Program-made: the position numbers and the translations under genes
Part shown: one piece after another, positions 1 to 14,400 of the stretch
Layout of the letters: each line of letters begins with the position of its first letter
Position numbering within the stretch: position 1 is the stretch's first letter
From: Ptychomitrium polyphyllum
Taxonomy: Eukaryota
DNA: 64,000 nt
Reading direction: 5' to 3'
Assembly: GCA_973851085.1 (NCBI GenBank)
Contig: OZ316775.1
Coordinates: 12,834,001 to 12,898,000 of the forward strand
The notes under the pieces: model-generated
Seen by the model: the letters and a program-made list of their open reading frames with translations, nothing else
Told to the model about the DNA's origin: nothing
Databases searched by the model: none

Positions 1-75
1 TTGATTTATACAAAGGAACGAATGGAACAAAGCGAATAAGAATAGAACCCGCTACTCTACTTGGGAACGAGGCTA

Positions 76-2199
76 TCAGTCCTGGACGGGAACGGCGGAG
101 ATGCGAGAGTCCGTCACGGACGCCGCCCCCGCGGGCGGGGGCGGGGGCGTGGGCTCGAGGCCCGTGAGGTGGGGGCAGAGCGCCAGGAAGAAGGGCTCGT
201 AGTCGCGGGGCGGCGGGGGGTTGGCGGGGTCGACGCGGTACGGCTGGCTGAAGGGGACGGTGCTCTTCACCTCAAACGTCTTGTCGCGAGCAGCCGGTGA
301 CACCAAAGCGTCCGCGATGATGCGGGCCACTTCCAGGCGCGAGATTTTGCCCGTAATGTTGTCGCCCTGCTCGAACTGCAGCTCCGCGCCAGCAGGCTCC
401 TCCGTCAGAGCACACGGTCTGACCACTGTGTAGGGGATTCCGCTCGCCCTCACCTCGTCTTCGCCCTTGAGCTTGTACGTTAGAATATATCCCAGTTCCT
501 TGTTCATGCGCACTGCTGGTGGTTGTTTGGTCAAGTCCAGCCCAGGTCTGTCGGGTCTCGTCACGCCGGCCGAACTCAAGTGCACGATGTGGGGCGCCAT
601 GGACTTCATCAGGTATGCTTTGATGCTGGCGATGGAAAGCTCGAATGGCCCCGCTTCGAATTTGGGGTTCAGTTTTTCATCGTATTCGAACTTGCTGTAT
701 AGTAGCTGCAGTGACGCAATCCGGGCGGTGTCGAAGGGCGGGGCGTTTTTCACTGTTCGAGCCCGGAATATCGGCACAAAGGATGAGAATGGGAGGCGGA
801 TCGTCTGCCACTCCTTCTCTGTGTCGAACCCGCACGTGTAGCCCATGGCGTCCCAGTCTGTGCTCGTGCGCACTCTGCAGGTCCCAGGAGTAAGTTAACC
901 CAATTTTCAGACAACGTCCAATACATTGAGTTCTCTTGGTGGAAGCCCAGTTAACGTGTAGGTTGATCACGAACGTGGTTGCCATGACTGAGAAAGTGTA
1001 GAACATTAGGTTATCATGACAGAAATCATAGGGCTAGATTACTGGTTGCTATGCATGCCCTAATTTGCACCATATCTCAGTGTCCTACTCAACTGCCATG
1101 ATCGTGATTGAATACTACGAGTTCGCTATTGCAATATGTACCCCGAGGAATGACAAAAATCGATTGAAATAGATGATGCAAGTGCTTACATAAACTTGAA
1201 GCGGTGGCCATCACCTTTGATTCGAAATTCAAACCCTTCGTAGGCGCTCAAATCCTGGAGGGGCTCGAAATTCCTGGACCGAATGCTGGCGAAGCCGCCA
1301 TTGTTGTCAGTGGAAACATAGCCTTTGAACAAGCCCACTGGTTCTCCATCTTCGCCGGCCGTAGGATTTATCTGAAAGGAGCTGGCGCTGACGCCTCCCA
1401 TGACTACGTCGTCCAAAGCGCCCCACGCCGGCCCACTGGGCACTCCGTTGGACGAGACGCAGAAGAGTACTCGCCCTTCATACGGGATGGAAGCGTACTG
1501 CTTCGCCTTCTCCAGAATGTTCTGCAGCCCGCGATACTCCACCGCTTCCGGAGTTTCCCCTTTCACCTCCGGGTCGAAGAATTTGATGCCCTGATAGTAC
1601 TTTTGGCGATCAGCCGTGTCGCCTTCCTTGGGTCCTACGATGCAGCTGTGCGCCACCACGATTTTTGTCACGCTTTTGAAATACTCCGGCAACAATGTGG
1701 CACTCTGCGTGACATCCACTGCCAGGAGTTCTACATCCGAACCCAACAGCTTCTGCGCTTTCTCCAAACTCCTCACCATGGCCCGTACCCGCACCCCTCT
1801 CTTGCGCAATTCGTCCACCACTCGCTTCCCTACCCCGCCCGTCGCGCCTGTAACTAGCACTAAATCGTCACCTCTGCCCTGGCGGTAGCTGCTTGGCTCC
1901 TCTTTCTCCCCCGCCATGGCCTGCATCACCGAGCTCACTAGTTTGCTCAACGAAGCCGGCCCGTTGAAAAAATACAGAGTTTTCACGAAGCGCCCGAAAT
2001 CCCACGGCTGTCGCCCTCCCTCTGCTTTAATCAAGCGACTCCGCAAGCGCGCGGACTCAATCGAGGATGCGGGTGACGCCGCGGGCTGGCCCAACCTAGC
2101 CGGAACGCGGTGGAGACCGGAGTAGCGCGGAGCGGTGGTGGGGAAATTGGTAGCAAAGCTGGAGAGCGAGGAGGAGAGGGCGAAGACGGGATGGCCCAT
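76..2199 (-). CDS. NAD(P)-binding Rossmann-fold protein with CIA30 domain (At4g18810/HCF173-family), probably plastid-targeted; 2 exons: 2199-1190, 874-76
   Basis: Ser-rich N-terminal transit-like peptide, then PWDFGRFVKTLYFFNGP, Rossmann motif VLVTGATGGVG, CIA30 motifs WGALDDVVMGGVS and NNGGFASIRSRN, C-terminal YKLKGEDEVRASGIPYTVVRPCAL. One GT-AG intron (1189-875) joins the exons in phase (AT|A = Ile). Confidence 0.9.
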
Positions 2200-3178
2200 T
2201 GCGACGACGGAGCAGCAATTCTTCTGACAAGCTCTAAGTCTTGAAGACGTAGAAGCGGAGGAAGAGAAAGAAGAATGTGCTCCTGGCGCAGAGGACTCAC
2301 TAGGTGCTCTTTCTCGGATGTCAGGCTCATGGAAGCCGCTTGGCCGTGTGCGAAGTGTACCCACGTGTGCCCATCCTCTGCACTCCTTTCCACCGGTTTG
2401 CCACTTTTGCCCACTCACCCAAGTTTTGCAGCGCCAGGTTTCTACATGAATGCGGCAAGCACCCTTCAATGCATGTCAACACCGGGCCATATCAGTGCCA
2501 CAGCTCGCGTGAGATGCAGCATTTCTGTACCACACAGATGATCCGCACTCCTCACCTCGATACTTTCAGACTACCTCTCTAGGAAGGAGAGCCTCTGCCG
2601 AATCTGACTAGGCAATTCATTACCATGTCTGTAACTTCAATTGAGTCTTCTACATGACACATTTGTAAATGTAGTTAGTGCCATTCTAGAACTCCTTGTC
2701 AAGCTAAGAGCCTCAAGCATCAACCACAACTGCGATGACTGAAGTGGAATGGTAAGTCAAAACAAGTGACGTCTTCCATCCTGGTTATGGTTGCTCAAGG
2801 CCGACTTGATGCGATCCTTCCTCCAATATAGGCCCATTCTTTCGCTAATTACACGGTTTGATGTATGGTATTTCAGTGATGGCCGACGTTGAAGTGAACA
2901 CTCAGGACGACTTTTTGAAACTCAGACATGATCTCAATGTTATCTTTAGCAGCTAAGGAATCTGCATAAAAGTCGTGTATCTCAAATTCATGCAAGTCTT
3001 TTGTACAAGTCGAGATCCCTTACTGGAATAAGAGACAAAAGAATTTCGTCCAAGGATCTCACACAGGTGTAATTTTCTTAAAATGTATGACTAGTATCAA
3101 CTTGTTAAAAGATGGGTTAAAATTCTATCAATATAGCATGTCCTCCAAAGCACATGATTGTCAAGTCTTAGGAGCCAT

Positions 3179-5887
3179 CTAGTGTCGTCCTAAAGGAACG
3201 GTGCCTGTGACAGTGCGATGGCGTGGATCTGTCAGTACTGAAATGACACTCGAAAACCCAATCTTCTCCATTTCTCCTTCCAAGTCAAAAGTGTAATACT
3301 CATCCATCCAGGGCTCCGTAGACTTCATTAAGGTGAATATTGCAGGTGGCAAATTCTGCACACAAAGTTCAAACTATTGTAAGTGATACAATGGCTTTCG
3401 AACATTTAAACTGGCTGATCGTCTGAAGCAGATATCTAAAACTGCCAGACCATAGTAGCAAATGAATACTACATACCTGGATGACCTTCGACTTTGGCTG
3501 TTCCGATCACATACCAACCACGAAAGAGTGAAAATGTCAGTAAAATAAGAAGCAAAGATATAAGCATAAAGTATAACTCAAAGGTAGAGGACAAAGTACA
3601 GCGGTAAGAAATCAACAAGTCAAATTCTAGATTTGGGTACTACCGAGTTGTCAGTGAGTGACACAGTTCCGCCAGGTTTCAAAACTCTGAAAGCCTCCTT
3701 CAGCAAACCTCTAATAGCATGCTGAGGACACTCATGGATCTGTGCTCAAAACACCCATCCAAACACGCACACACGACGAAGATGAGCCATAAAGCAGCTG
3801 CCAACGTACAGAGAAAACTTCTAAAGCCTAAAATCTATGGTCTAAAAGCCATAGGTTTTCTCTCATTCTTACAAATCTTGGCTCTAAATTCATTGTACAT
3901 TTGACAGGATATGTTTGGCTATTGACGAAATATTTCATTTCTCGCAGGAACATAAATTGCCAAAGGATTGTATGCTGCGGTTAAGCATCATCCCCGAAAC
4001 AAGAAGGTATTATAACACAATGCCGACAATGCAATCCAAACGAGCACTTAATCTCACCACGAAGGCAAGTGAAACGACGTCAAATGAGGCCGCCGGCAAG
4101 CTCGTGCACTCTCCGTTTGCATGTACCCAGCTTATTCGTTTCGCACTTTCCAACCCGACTGCAGCTCTCTGCTTCTCCATGTGCTGGGCCACGGCTAAAA
4201 AATAGGGCGACAAATCTAGACCCTGAAGTCAGCGAATTGAGTCAATTTTAACTATCAAGGCTGATAGAACATTCATACACCAGGAAGGTCACTATGCCAG
4301 TGCCAATATACTTAAAAACACATGAAACAATTTCTCTGGTGATTTTTAAGCACATAAAACAGTCCAGGCGTCCTTCAGGTACTCACAGTAATGTGAGCAC
4401 TAGGAAACCAGTCAGCCAGTGCCCGTGTACTGTCGCCAATAGAGCAGCCAACATCAAGAACAGTAGATACTCCAAGCCCACCCGAATGCATCTGATGATG
4501 GTCACCAATCGCCTGCGAAATATACGTTCATGGAAAATCTAGATTCAGCAAGTAAATTCTGACTGTGTTACGCAAGACAAATGTAGAGAAATTCTAATGT
4601 ATTCAATTGAAACCTGTTTTCGGGCAGAGAGCATTCAAACTATTACCAACCAGCCCATACTGACATGGGTATGTTGGGTCGAACTGTCGCAAGTTTATCA
4701 TTGCAAATTCTTGTCAATACAACGCTACAAGATCATTCACGACTAAAACCTTAATTTTCATCTGCTAAAACCTGATTGACACAAAACCCATAAAATAGAA
4801 AAACGCAATACAGATACAAACCCACCATAGGTTCAGTAATGCACCTGCAACCAAGCGCTGCGCAAGATTTGACTAGCCTCTGCCGCAGATTGAGCCGTGG
4901 GAATAGCGCGGAGCATCATGGAGAGTGTGGCCGGTGCAACCTCGCTGGCAGCCTGAGTGCATTGTGTCATTTTGATCACCGTTCATAATGTCTGTCAATT
5001 GTCTATGCCTTCCACTTTTATAACCTTCTGTAAATTCTAGATAATAATCTCAAGAAATATCAAATCATGCTCAGCTAGTATGGCATGACCAGAAGGCACT
5101 GTCATCCTACCTTCCACGACAGATTGCCTTCCTCGTAAGCATGAAACTCCTTTAAATAATCTGAGATGCAGAAAACAAACTCTGTAAGCAGTGATACTGC
5201 AAATTGTATTCTAACCTGGATGGCATTGCTCTAATTCGTCTAGACGAGTATCAGTGTGATAATCATCTATCGGAATCTTTCAGGTTGCCAGTATGATAGA
5301 AGACACAGGACTCTTCCCTAAAACAGCAGCAACAGAAGCAATTGTGCAATGTAGCGGGTGGCTGGTGACTGGTGACTGCTCTTACAATCAGGATAAACCA
5401 CGGACTGGTTCTCAAGCAACTCCTTCTCCGCATACACGTCCGAAGCCAAAATCTGATCCGACATCCCCCGCCAGCTGACTCCGTTCTTCTCCGCCGTCCT
5501 GCATTGCCACGAGCTCCGCTGATTCCCATTGAATTTCAAGTTGCAGGGAAGCACGCTGAATGTTTTCATCTTCTCAACATATACGAAAACGGTTGGGAAG
5601 CGAAAGAGAGGAGAATCGAACCTAATGAGAACCTGGCGAGCGCCGACCTTCATGATGTTGAAAAAAGGTTTAATGGCGATGAGCGAGCTAACGAAACGAG
5701 AGACGGGATCGTCGCCAGCCCAGCGGGGACAGTCCAGCTCGCCTTCCTCATAGCGTGAAGGAACTGCGGAATTCAGACGTGTCGGGGGCGACAGGAGAGT
5801 GCACACACGGACTGAGGCGGTGCGGGCGAATTGAGCGGCAGTGGCGGAAGGCGGAATTGTAAAGAAAGGGCGCGCAGCCCCCTCCAT
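3179..5887 (-). CDS. Class I SAM-dependent methyltransferase (Methyltransf_11/25-like); exons approx 5887-5622, 5498-5386, 5160-5112, 4952-4845, 4512-4387, 4222-4058, 3679-3644, 3497-3477, 3355-3179
   Basis: Spliced translation gives YYLKEFHAYEEGNLSW, motif I VLDVGCSIG, GLDLSPYFLAVA, SFDVVSLAFV/IHECP, RVLKPGG and TLMKSTEPWMDEYY, typical of a plant/cyanobacterial methyltransferase family. Introns are canonical GT-AG. Confidence 0.88.
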
Positions 5888-6523
5888 GGCCGTAAAGGAT
5901 TTAGAGCAACAGCAGCGACCACAAATACCACAACAACGAACTAAACCTCAGCTAAAAGGCAGTCACAAACGAAACCCACAAACGAGCGAGCTGGCGGATG
6001 AAGTGATTGCTAACTCCCGGAATGCAGAACGTTGCACAGTCAGTTGGGTGGAATTGGAGAAGCGACTACGAACGAGGAGTGCGCGAGACTGCAATCCCGT
6101 CCACGGGTGATGAGAGCCGAAGAAGATCAATCCTCATGCCACGCTGGACGTCCACTGGGAAGGAAAGCTTCTCCAACCAATGAGAAAAGGAAGATGTGGC
6201 ACTTCAGAGATGACGATACAAGCGCACACGCAGCGACCTGTGGGATGGGCGAGATGGGATGGCGGCCATGGCCATGGAGATGAAGGGGTGCGATGGCTTC
6301 AGGCTTAAAAAGCATTACTTGGGTCCGTGACCCGTATCGCTGTTCCGTCCTGGTGCCGCGCGCAACGCAAGCGATGAACACGACACGACGGAGAGGAGAA
6401 GAGTAAAAGTGCGTCAGAAGCAAAAGGATGCGTGAGCGAGGTCAAATGCCCTTGGCCTCCTAGTGGTGCCTCCAAAGCGGAACTGGCTGATTGCATTTGC
6501 ATCTTAATGATTTCGTCCTCGCC

Positions 6524-9500
6524 ATGACCTCTGCTCTTCTCAGTCCTCGCTTCTCCTCTTTGTCGTGCTCCATGGCGTCCGACTCCATTGCCAAACCTCT
6601 CGTCGACCAAGTTGTCATCGTCGGAGGCGGCCTTGGCGGTCTGGCCGCTGCCATCCAGCTCCGACATGTGGGTATTGATGCCCAGGTGTGCATGCCTCTC
6701 TCTCTTTCTCTTTCTGCAACTCTCAGTGACTTCCCTTTGCATCTCGGTGGAGGTGAAGTGACAATTGTGGTACCGGTTTTGTTCATACGAATTCGCAGCT
6801 AGTGCTCAGTCCGCCAGGATGAAACCTGCGGTGCTGGCGTTCCTTGCTGAATTGAGATATTGCTCACAAGTGAACCCAGGGCTGGAAGATTTTGTTTGTT
6901 GTATGGTGGGTTGGTTGGAATCGGATTGTAGCCAGATACATGAGGTGAGGGTGAGGATGGAGTCACCTGCTGATGAAGCCTTCTTTGGCGATGTTTGCTG
7001 CTAGCTTTAGTTGTTATTTTGGACGTGCGGAGTATGGTATGGATTGTGGTCCTGGAGTGTGTTTGTTTATTTCCCCATGCAGAGTGCACACTATTGATTA
7101 CAGTGCTTACTCTTCAGAAAGCTCTATTTAATTAGGCTCAAATCACCGTTTACTTCGCATGTCTACAAGCACAACCATGTCATTAAAGAAGTTGCTTCTC
7201 CAATCTAGACACCCTAGATTTCAGCTGACTGAACCGGAGTGGTCAAAACTGGAGCGCTCAACCATACACCATTAGAAATTTCGCTCAATCAGGCATCAAC
7301 TGACAATGTTAAAGTAGGCGATGACTTCAATCAAGTTTTAGAAATCTTAAATCTAGGGCGGGGAGGTTTGATATCAGCAGGATCCTGATGCAGCTTGTGG
7401 CATGACAGGTGTATGAGAGGGGAGGCAAGCTTACTGGTGGTGAGGGAACGTTACTGACCTTGTTTCCAAATGGATGTAAGAGTCTCAACCAGGCAGATCC
7501 AAGCCTTGTAAAGAAGGTAATGTTTCTGTGTTTTCTGGTTCTGGAATGTGAACACGCTTGCATCTATCAATCGTTGCATTAACGAGAGCAGCTGTATTTA
7601 GGTCAGGCATAGCAAGTATTACATGGCCTCCCTGTCTTGTCACGTTACAATGAGTCGAGTGAGTCGTTTTGATCTTCGGCATAAGTTTCGGATATGGCAC
7701 GTTAGAGCAGTAATTTCTTCTGGTATATGAGCTGCTGCTCATGATGCAGGTACGTGAAGCAGGTCGAATAGACGCCCCAGCACTGATGATAAATCCCATC
7801 AGCGGGGAACTACTGGGATCATGGGAGCTCAGTGAGCGCATGGAGAAGACCTATGGACAACCTGTAATCTCCATTCTTTGGCGCAATTTACTTAGAATTC
7901 TGTCTGATACTTTACCTGACGAGTGCAAGCACTTTGGTTATGAATGTCTGGACGTGACTCAGGTTTAAGGCTCTTTCCTTGTTCCTTTAATGGCCTCTTA
8001 CTGCTAAAACCATCTTCGTCTTCAAGTTCTGTATCAATTATAACCTTCCTCTCATTATTGAATAAATCCTGTTTATTCTCTAATCGACTGGCTTCATGCG
8101 ATACACAGGATGAAGAGTGGGCCACGGTTCACTTCAAAAAAGATGATAAAACAGTCTCAGTCAAGGTAATGCAGTCCATGATGATTATTGCTTGTCTCTC
8201 CGTCATCGTCACTTCCAGAACCTGTCTCTTATGTTCATTTTTGCACGAAATGTTTGCCATCTCTACATCTGTTATCCCTCTAAAGTTGTTCAATACTACG
8301 TATGCTTTAATCCTTCATCAAGAATCTTTTTAATTCTAAGTTTGAAATGCGTGTATCTTTGTCGAAGGCGAAGACATCTCGTCCCTGTGGAATCTGGGCA
8401 TTGAATTGTAGTGCGTGATTTGTAATGTTAAATTAGGCTCCACTGGTGATTGGTGCTGATGGCATACGGTCGGTCGTTCGGTCAAAGACCTTCGGTGCTA
8501 TGACGCCACGTGATAATGGACGTACGATGTGGCGTGCTGTAATTGACGCAAACTTGTGTCATCATCCGGTTATTTTCTGATCTCTCTTCATGAATTTTTA
8601 ATCAAATGAGGCGAAGATTATACAAGGTGAAAGCCTGATGTGTCCTTGTGTGTAGTCGTGACATCTAGAGTTTTTCTTTTTCCCTTCAAGATTCCGGTAT
8701 TTTTAATTATAATCGGTAAAGCTTGTATTCACTACTAAATTGAGCCAAGTCTCTTCAATCTGAAATTATAGATTCTTCCTGTTCTGACTAGTAACAGAGT
8801 AGCGCTTGGGTTGTGATTACATTCTTTAAGAAAATCTCTTCATTGTGCTGACGTTCGAGTTATTATTGCATATGTAGGCCTTACGAGTGGGCACAATCAC
8901 TGCAGCGCAGAAAGGAAAGACAATGTTTATCATCAATGGTGTTTGTGATAAGCTCTATTGGGCATACAGTTTGACTGATGAGGCTACTGATGGACGAGCA
9001 AAAGTGAGATCGAAAGACTTAGAAGAGGCAAAAGCAAGATTGAGGCAAGAATTCCAGGGTTGGGATCTTGCTCTTCATATACTTGAGGTTTAGCATCCTA
9101 CCGTTGTATTCCTTTTAAAATCCCATGAACCTTACGTGATCTTCTCACAGTCTGGTACCTAAAGAGTATCTGTTGGCATCCAATATTGCCATCTATTTCG
9201 CCTGTCGATCATTCATCACTAAATTATACTAATGTTATCTGCATTTTTATTTGTCATTCTTTCTTGATTTAAAAAGTATATGTTAAATGCACGTAATTAG
9301 ACAAAGTGTCAAAGATTGAGGAAAAGTATCGATGGTGGAATTCAGGCGACAGATTCTGAGCTGATTCTGGAACGGAGGGTACTGGATCTTCCTGTGCTCA
9401 CGAAATGGACGGATGGCCGTGTTGCTATCCTTGGAGGTACATATGATTGCTCTGCGTGCCAATTATATTCTAGTGCATGACTGGCACTAAGATTGTGGTT

Positions 9501-10211
9501 TAGGATGTGTTTTTGTTACAAAATTATTCTTATAGCCTCAGAGGTGGCATGTATCATGACAGATATTGCTCAATTATTCTTATGGCTTGCAGAAGACTAA
9601 GTGCCGAGTTAGAGCTTCCTTTGAAGTTATGGCAGATGCCCAGAATCATGGTATTTAAATACTTGCGATATTCGCAGATGCTGCACATGCTGTAACGCCG
9701 GCTTTGGGACAAGGTGCCAATCTAGCGTTTGAGGATGGATTGGAACTGGCCATCCAACTTACGTCAGCTTCAGATTTGAGGTTTATGCTCGACCCTTGCT
9801 TTGCTTTGATTAGCGAAATAATTTAAGTATGTCGTATCAACAAGCTGATCTGGTTTTTGCTTTCTGCTTTTCGTTGAGTTATCTTCTATCACTGGTGTAG
9901 CTGCTAGATTCATCTCCTGGCTATGAGTGTTGCTGCTTTTTTCACACCATTGTTGGCAGAAAAGTATTTGAAAATTTCGAACTATTCCACGACGAAAACC
10001 TCGCAATACGGGCTGTGTTTCTCATTTCCAACTATGTTTAACCAGATCTGCTCTGAAGACTTACGAGGAGCGACGTATACCACGGGCACAGACTGTATCC
10101 GCAAGAACTCGAGCAACAGGCGTTGCACACCCTCAAAGTTTTTATGACTGGCTGTACAATGAAGTTCCTTCAAGCTCACGCAATCCAGTTCACAACGAAT
10201 ACCAAACCTGA
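6524..10211 (+). CDS. FAD-dependent monooxygenase (FAD_binding_3; zeaxanthin-epoxidase/salicylate-hydroxylase-like fold), about 413 aa; exons 6524-6685, 7409-7516, 7750-7962, 8109-8165, 8437-8568, 8878-9087, 9346-9436, 9678-9780, 10046-10211
   Basis: All three flavoprotein hydroxylase fingerprints are present: VIVGGGLGGL, LVIGADGIRSVVR and GRVAILGDAAHAVTPALGQGANLAFEDG. All nine exons join in phase; TGA at 10209-10211. Confidence 0.9.
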
Positions 10212-11484
10212 ATGGGAGTGAATGTGAGCTAGCTGTTGGTCCTTGAAATGACGACAGGTTCTTTTTGTCGTTGAAATGACGACAAGTGCTTGGAAAATGT
10301 GCATGTAGTCTATTTCATGGAATCGGTAGCGAGTTTGTTGTTTCGGAGATGTTTAGATTTCATTTGGGATGTGATATCATTTATTTGTGTCATTGTAAAG
10401 TTTAGTTCAACTGCGTGAACGAGATTCCCGACGCATAATCACCAAGCTCAAGGTATGCCTTGGATATGTACTTTGAATCCTTGATACCTGGTATGAGTTA
10501 TTCAGGTCATCTCGTGAGCAACGAAAGCATTTGGAACACGAAATGCAGTTTAATGATTGAGCCGTGTCATGTGCATGCGAGTACGCCCTCAAGCTTCGTG
10601 ATGTTGAAGTAGTGTGAAAATTGGGTTTATATATTCTGGGTGACATGGTGCTTGTGATGGTACAAGAGGTTGCATCGGACTTTTACCTCATGGCAACTGG
10701 AGCGTGTCTTAGTATCATAAAGGGTAGGATTGACTGCATTCCCCACGGCGTGCAGATGGCGAGAGCATGAGTTTTCTAGACCTTGAGGGCAAAGTACTTC
10801 GCAGTCGAGGAACATTGGAACGTTGGAAGATTCTCTTCCGCATCTTAGAATCCTGTGGTTTTTAAAAGAGCTCATTAGAACATGGTGAACAGGATGGCGT
10901 TCTTTTGTAATGACGTGATGGAACTAGAGCACTTGTTACACAATCCAAAGTTTTCTTGACATATCACAGTGCTTGTAATGTGGATGTTCTTCTACACTTA
11001 TTTTGAAAGGTATTAATTGTATAATATTGTGAGCTAATATAAAATTTGAGTGAATACTTAATCATAATGTACGATCATGTTATAATTGTTACATCAATTT
11101 TAAATGATGAATTTTAAATGATGAATTTGAGCAAATTTTTATTTAGCTTCATTAGAATGTGCAATTACATGAAGCATTGACTAATTAGGCATGAATAAAA
11201 GGAATTTGCACAAGTTATAAATGCATTGAGCGCATAGAAAAATTTATTTCATCCTACTCTTTGAAATAAATTTACATATATTAGCGTATGTTATTGTATA
11301 AACAATATCTAACTATATTGATTGTTATTCAACAATTCTATTTTCATATATATATAATTATTGGTGGATGTCAATTAAATTCATTTATGTATGATTCAAT
11401 TAAATAATACCATATCAATGACATATGAAAGTAAATAAAGTCTTTCATTGTTGATGACAATAGTGCATTTATGCTTCACTAGCT

Positions 11485-14400
11485 TTAATTTAAAGAACCC
11501 CTACATCTGTTCACCAAAAAAAAATCATAAACACATTAATTTCTTTTTCTTTATACTGTTTCATTACAACACCTTCAAAAAATTAAGATTTATTTAAATC
11601 TAATACTATTTAAGTATGACTCCAAACAATATCAATACTAATATACAAGCTAGTATTTCTATTAAGTACAAAATGTGACAATTTACAAAATGCTTTTGAT
11701 TTCACATTATACTGAATCAAGTGCATTTTAATGAACTTATAAAATTCAATAAATGTAGATAAATAGCTAGAGTTGTATTTGTTAATTATCTAAATTATTC
11801 TTTAATAAAATATAATTTCCAAAATTTCTTTATAACATTAAATATGACATCATTCATGTATATTTTATAAATTGGTAATATCTATTATACCAAAAGCAAA
11901 GTTTAGATTTTCATGGAATTTTAAACCTACAATTTATATGCCAATTCTATAGTTTCTTTGAATTCTAAAACTATCAAATTAAAATAGTGTAATAATATTA
12001 GTTTGTACCTAAATTCTCCACAAAAACATGGAATTTTGTTATCTTCAAGAGGAAATTTGTAATCATAAGTGAGCTCCTCCCCTGCTGCAATTGGTCGCTT
12101 TGAATAAATTACAACCTTTTTTTGACCTTCAACTGTAATGATTTTTGTATAACAGTTTGGCTGGAAGAATTTAAGAAAGTGTAATCTTGCATCAATTAGT
12201 ACATTCTTTAATTAAACAGAGTCATACTTAAATAGTATTCGTTTTAAATAATTAATTAATTTTTCTTGTAAACATTATATGATTCAAATTATGATTTGAT
12301 CAAAAAGATTGGGTTAAAATTTCAATTTCAAATCTATTTATATTTATCAATAATTCAATTCAAAAATTAATTTATATTGAATTTAAGCATTAAATTATGG
12401 ATTTGGAAATAACCTACATCACAAGAATGATTAATGAATCTTGCAAGTCCACCCTTTTGTGTTGCATCCACCTAAGAAAAATGTAAAGATTGTTATATAA
12501 AGTCAAATTTTTTTTTAAATTATAATAAGTCTTATGTTAAATCTTTTCTAAAAGTTTGTATAATACTTAATATTCTATTAACCATATTAAAAGACTAAAA
12601 ATCTAATAAAAATCTTTTCACTTACCACAAGGTCATCATCTATGCGGAATAAATAACTGCTGCCAATACCCATAGTTTCATAGTGGCGCTCTCTCAAATT
12701 TGATACCTATTAATTAAATAGATACAATTTGATTTTTTAATGTTTGAAATCAATATTTGTATCTTTTTTGAAATCCTTTTTAAAATTCTAATTATATCAT
12801 GTAAAGTCATTGGATGTAGAGTATTTTCTATACACTTTATATCAAATTAATATATGTAATCACAAAAATTCATAATTTAGTATGTACTAATATCAGTGTA
12901 TAATATTATATTGTTGTTATAAAATACAACATGTTTTAATTTATTAAGCTGCCAAATTTAAAGAATTGCTGAAAAGTACTAATCTCTCTTTGCAATATAA
13001 AATGAACTTGAATAAAAACTAAAAAAGAATTTATTGATTGATTCTTGTAACAAAAGATGATGCTATTACAGTATCTTTATATTTTGATAAATTTTCAATC
13101 TTTTTAAACAAAAATTATACTAACTTTCAAAACATCAATAAAATTTATAAGTTGATTTTTGGAAAATCCATATGTTTCCATTTATTTTATTTAACAAATA
13201 TTTAAAGATTTAGAAGTTCAATTCAAGAAATGTTTATTTATTTAATTATCTTCATTTTTTGGATTAAATTTTCTCCTATAATACATTTACATGTAAATAA
13301 AAGCAAAGAAGCACTGTTTTTTATATTTTTGATTTGTACTTAGTATCAAATGCATATCAATTCAATTTCATTATTCTTTAAAATGGTAATATTAAAAGCC
13401 AGCATATAAAAGCATTTATGATTATTTTTTATAAGCAATGATTTTTTTGATAATTTAACAAATTGATAAACTAAAAATTTCTAAATGAATAACTTTAAAA
13501 TATGATAATTAATATGATAAATTTTTGTTTTAAAGTCTTAAAAAAAAATGACAAAATTAAATCTTATAATTAAAAAAAATTGATTATTTAATTATACCTG
13601 TCGTCTAATAATTTCTCCAACATATTCAATGACAAAATCTTCACCATCAATAGGTTCTAAAGCTATCAATCCCCAATCATGGATCTTACTTCTTTGGAAT
13701 TTTAGATTTTTCTTTCGCGCCTGAAAGTTTATCCATATAAAACTTTAGTATTTTTTTAAACCTTAAAAATGACATTTTCAATTTCAGAAAATCATACTGT
13801 TTAATCAAATAACTGAATTAAAAACATAAGTTTAAATTTAGAAAAAAACAAGAATGATTTTCAAGTTTTTTTTAAATGAAGGTTATAAAACAAAGAAATT
13901 TTAAAGAGTTTTTTCTAAAATTATAATGTTCTTAAAATATGAAATATTTCAAATTTTCAATAAGCTTTTTAATCATTTAAGGTCTTAAAAGAAAGTAAGG
14001 TTTTGTATAAATTATAAATAAATTTGGAATTTGTTACTACCTTTTCAATAATGTTAATTACAAATTTTTTAGTTTTCAATGATAAATCTTTGATACAAAC
14101 CTACTTTTTGATTAAAATATAAATTATCACATACTTTTAAATCATTAGACATCAATCAACATTTGAACGTACTTTGAGTTGATTAAACTTTATTTTATCT
14201 GAACCTTCTATAGCACCAATAAGCTTTCGAAGCGTAGCTCGATTTGTACGTGCAGATTGTAAACTACTATTTGCATTTGCAGTTGAACGAAATGATACAT
14301 TTAATGTTACAAGTTCTTGAATCTTTTGTTGTAATCTTTGCTTAGCACCATTGCAAGTCCAACGATGCCATGTCCAACCTTGTAAAGAACACCTTGCACA

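Noticed and set aside
1204..1857. 217-aa antisense ORF over the CIA30 gene
   Set aside because: Expected shadow ORF opposite a GC-rich coding exon; no recognisable motifs.
6524..10211. Calling the monooxygenase zeaxanthin epoxidase (ZEP/ABA1)
   Set aside because: Only about 413 aa, no C-terminal FHA domain and no ZEP-specific motifs recognised.
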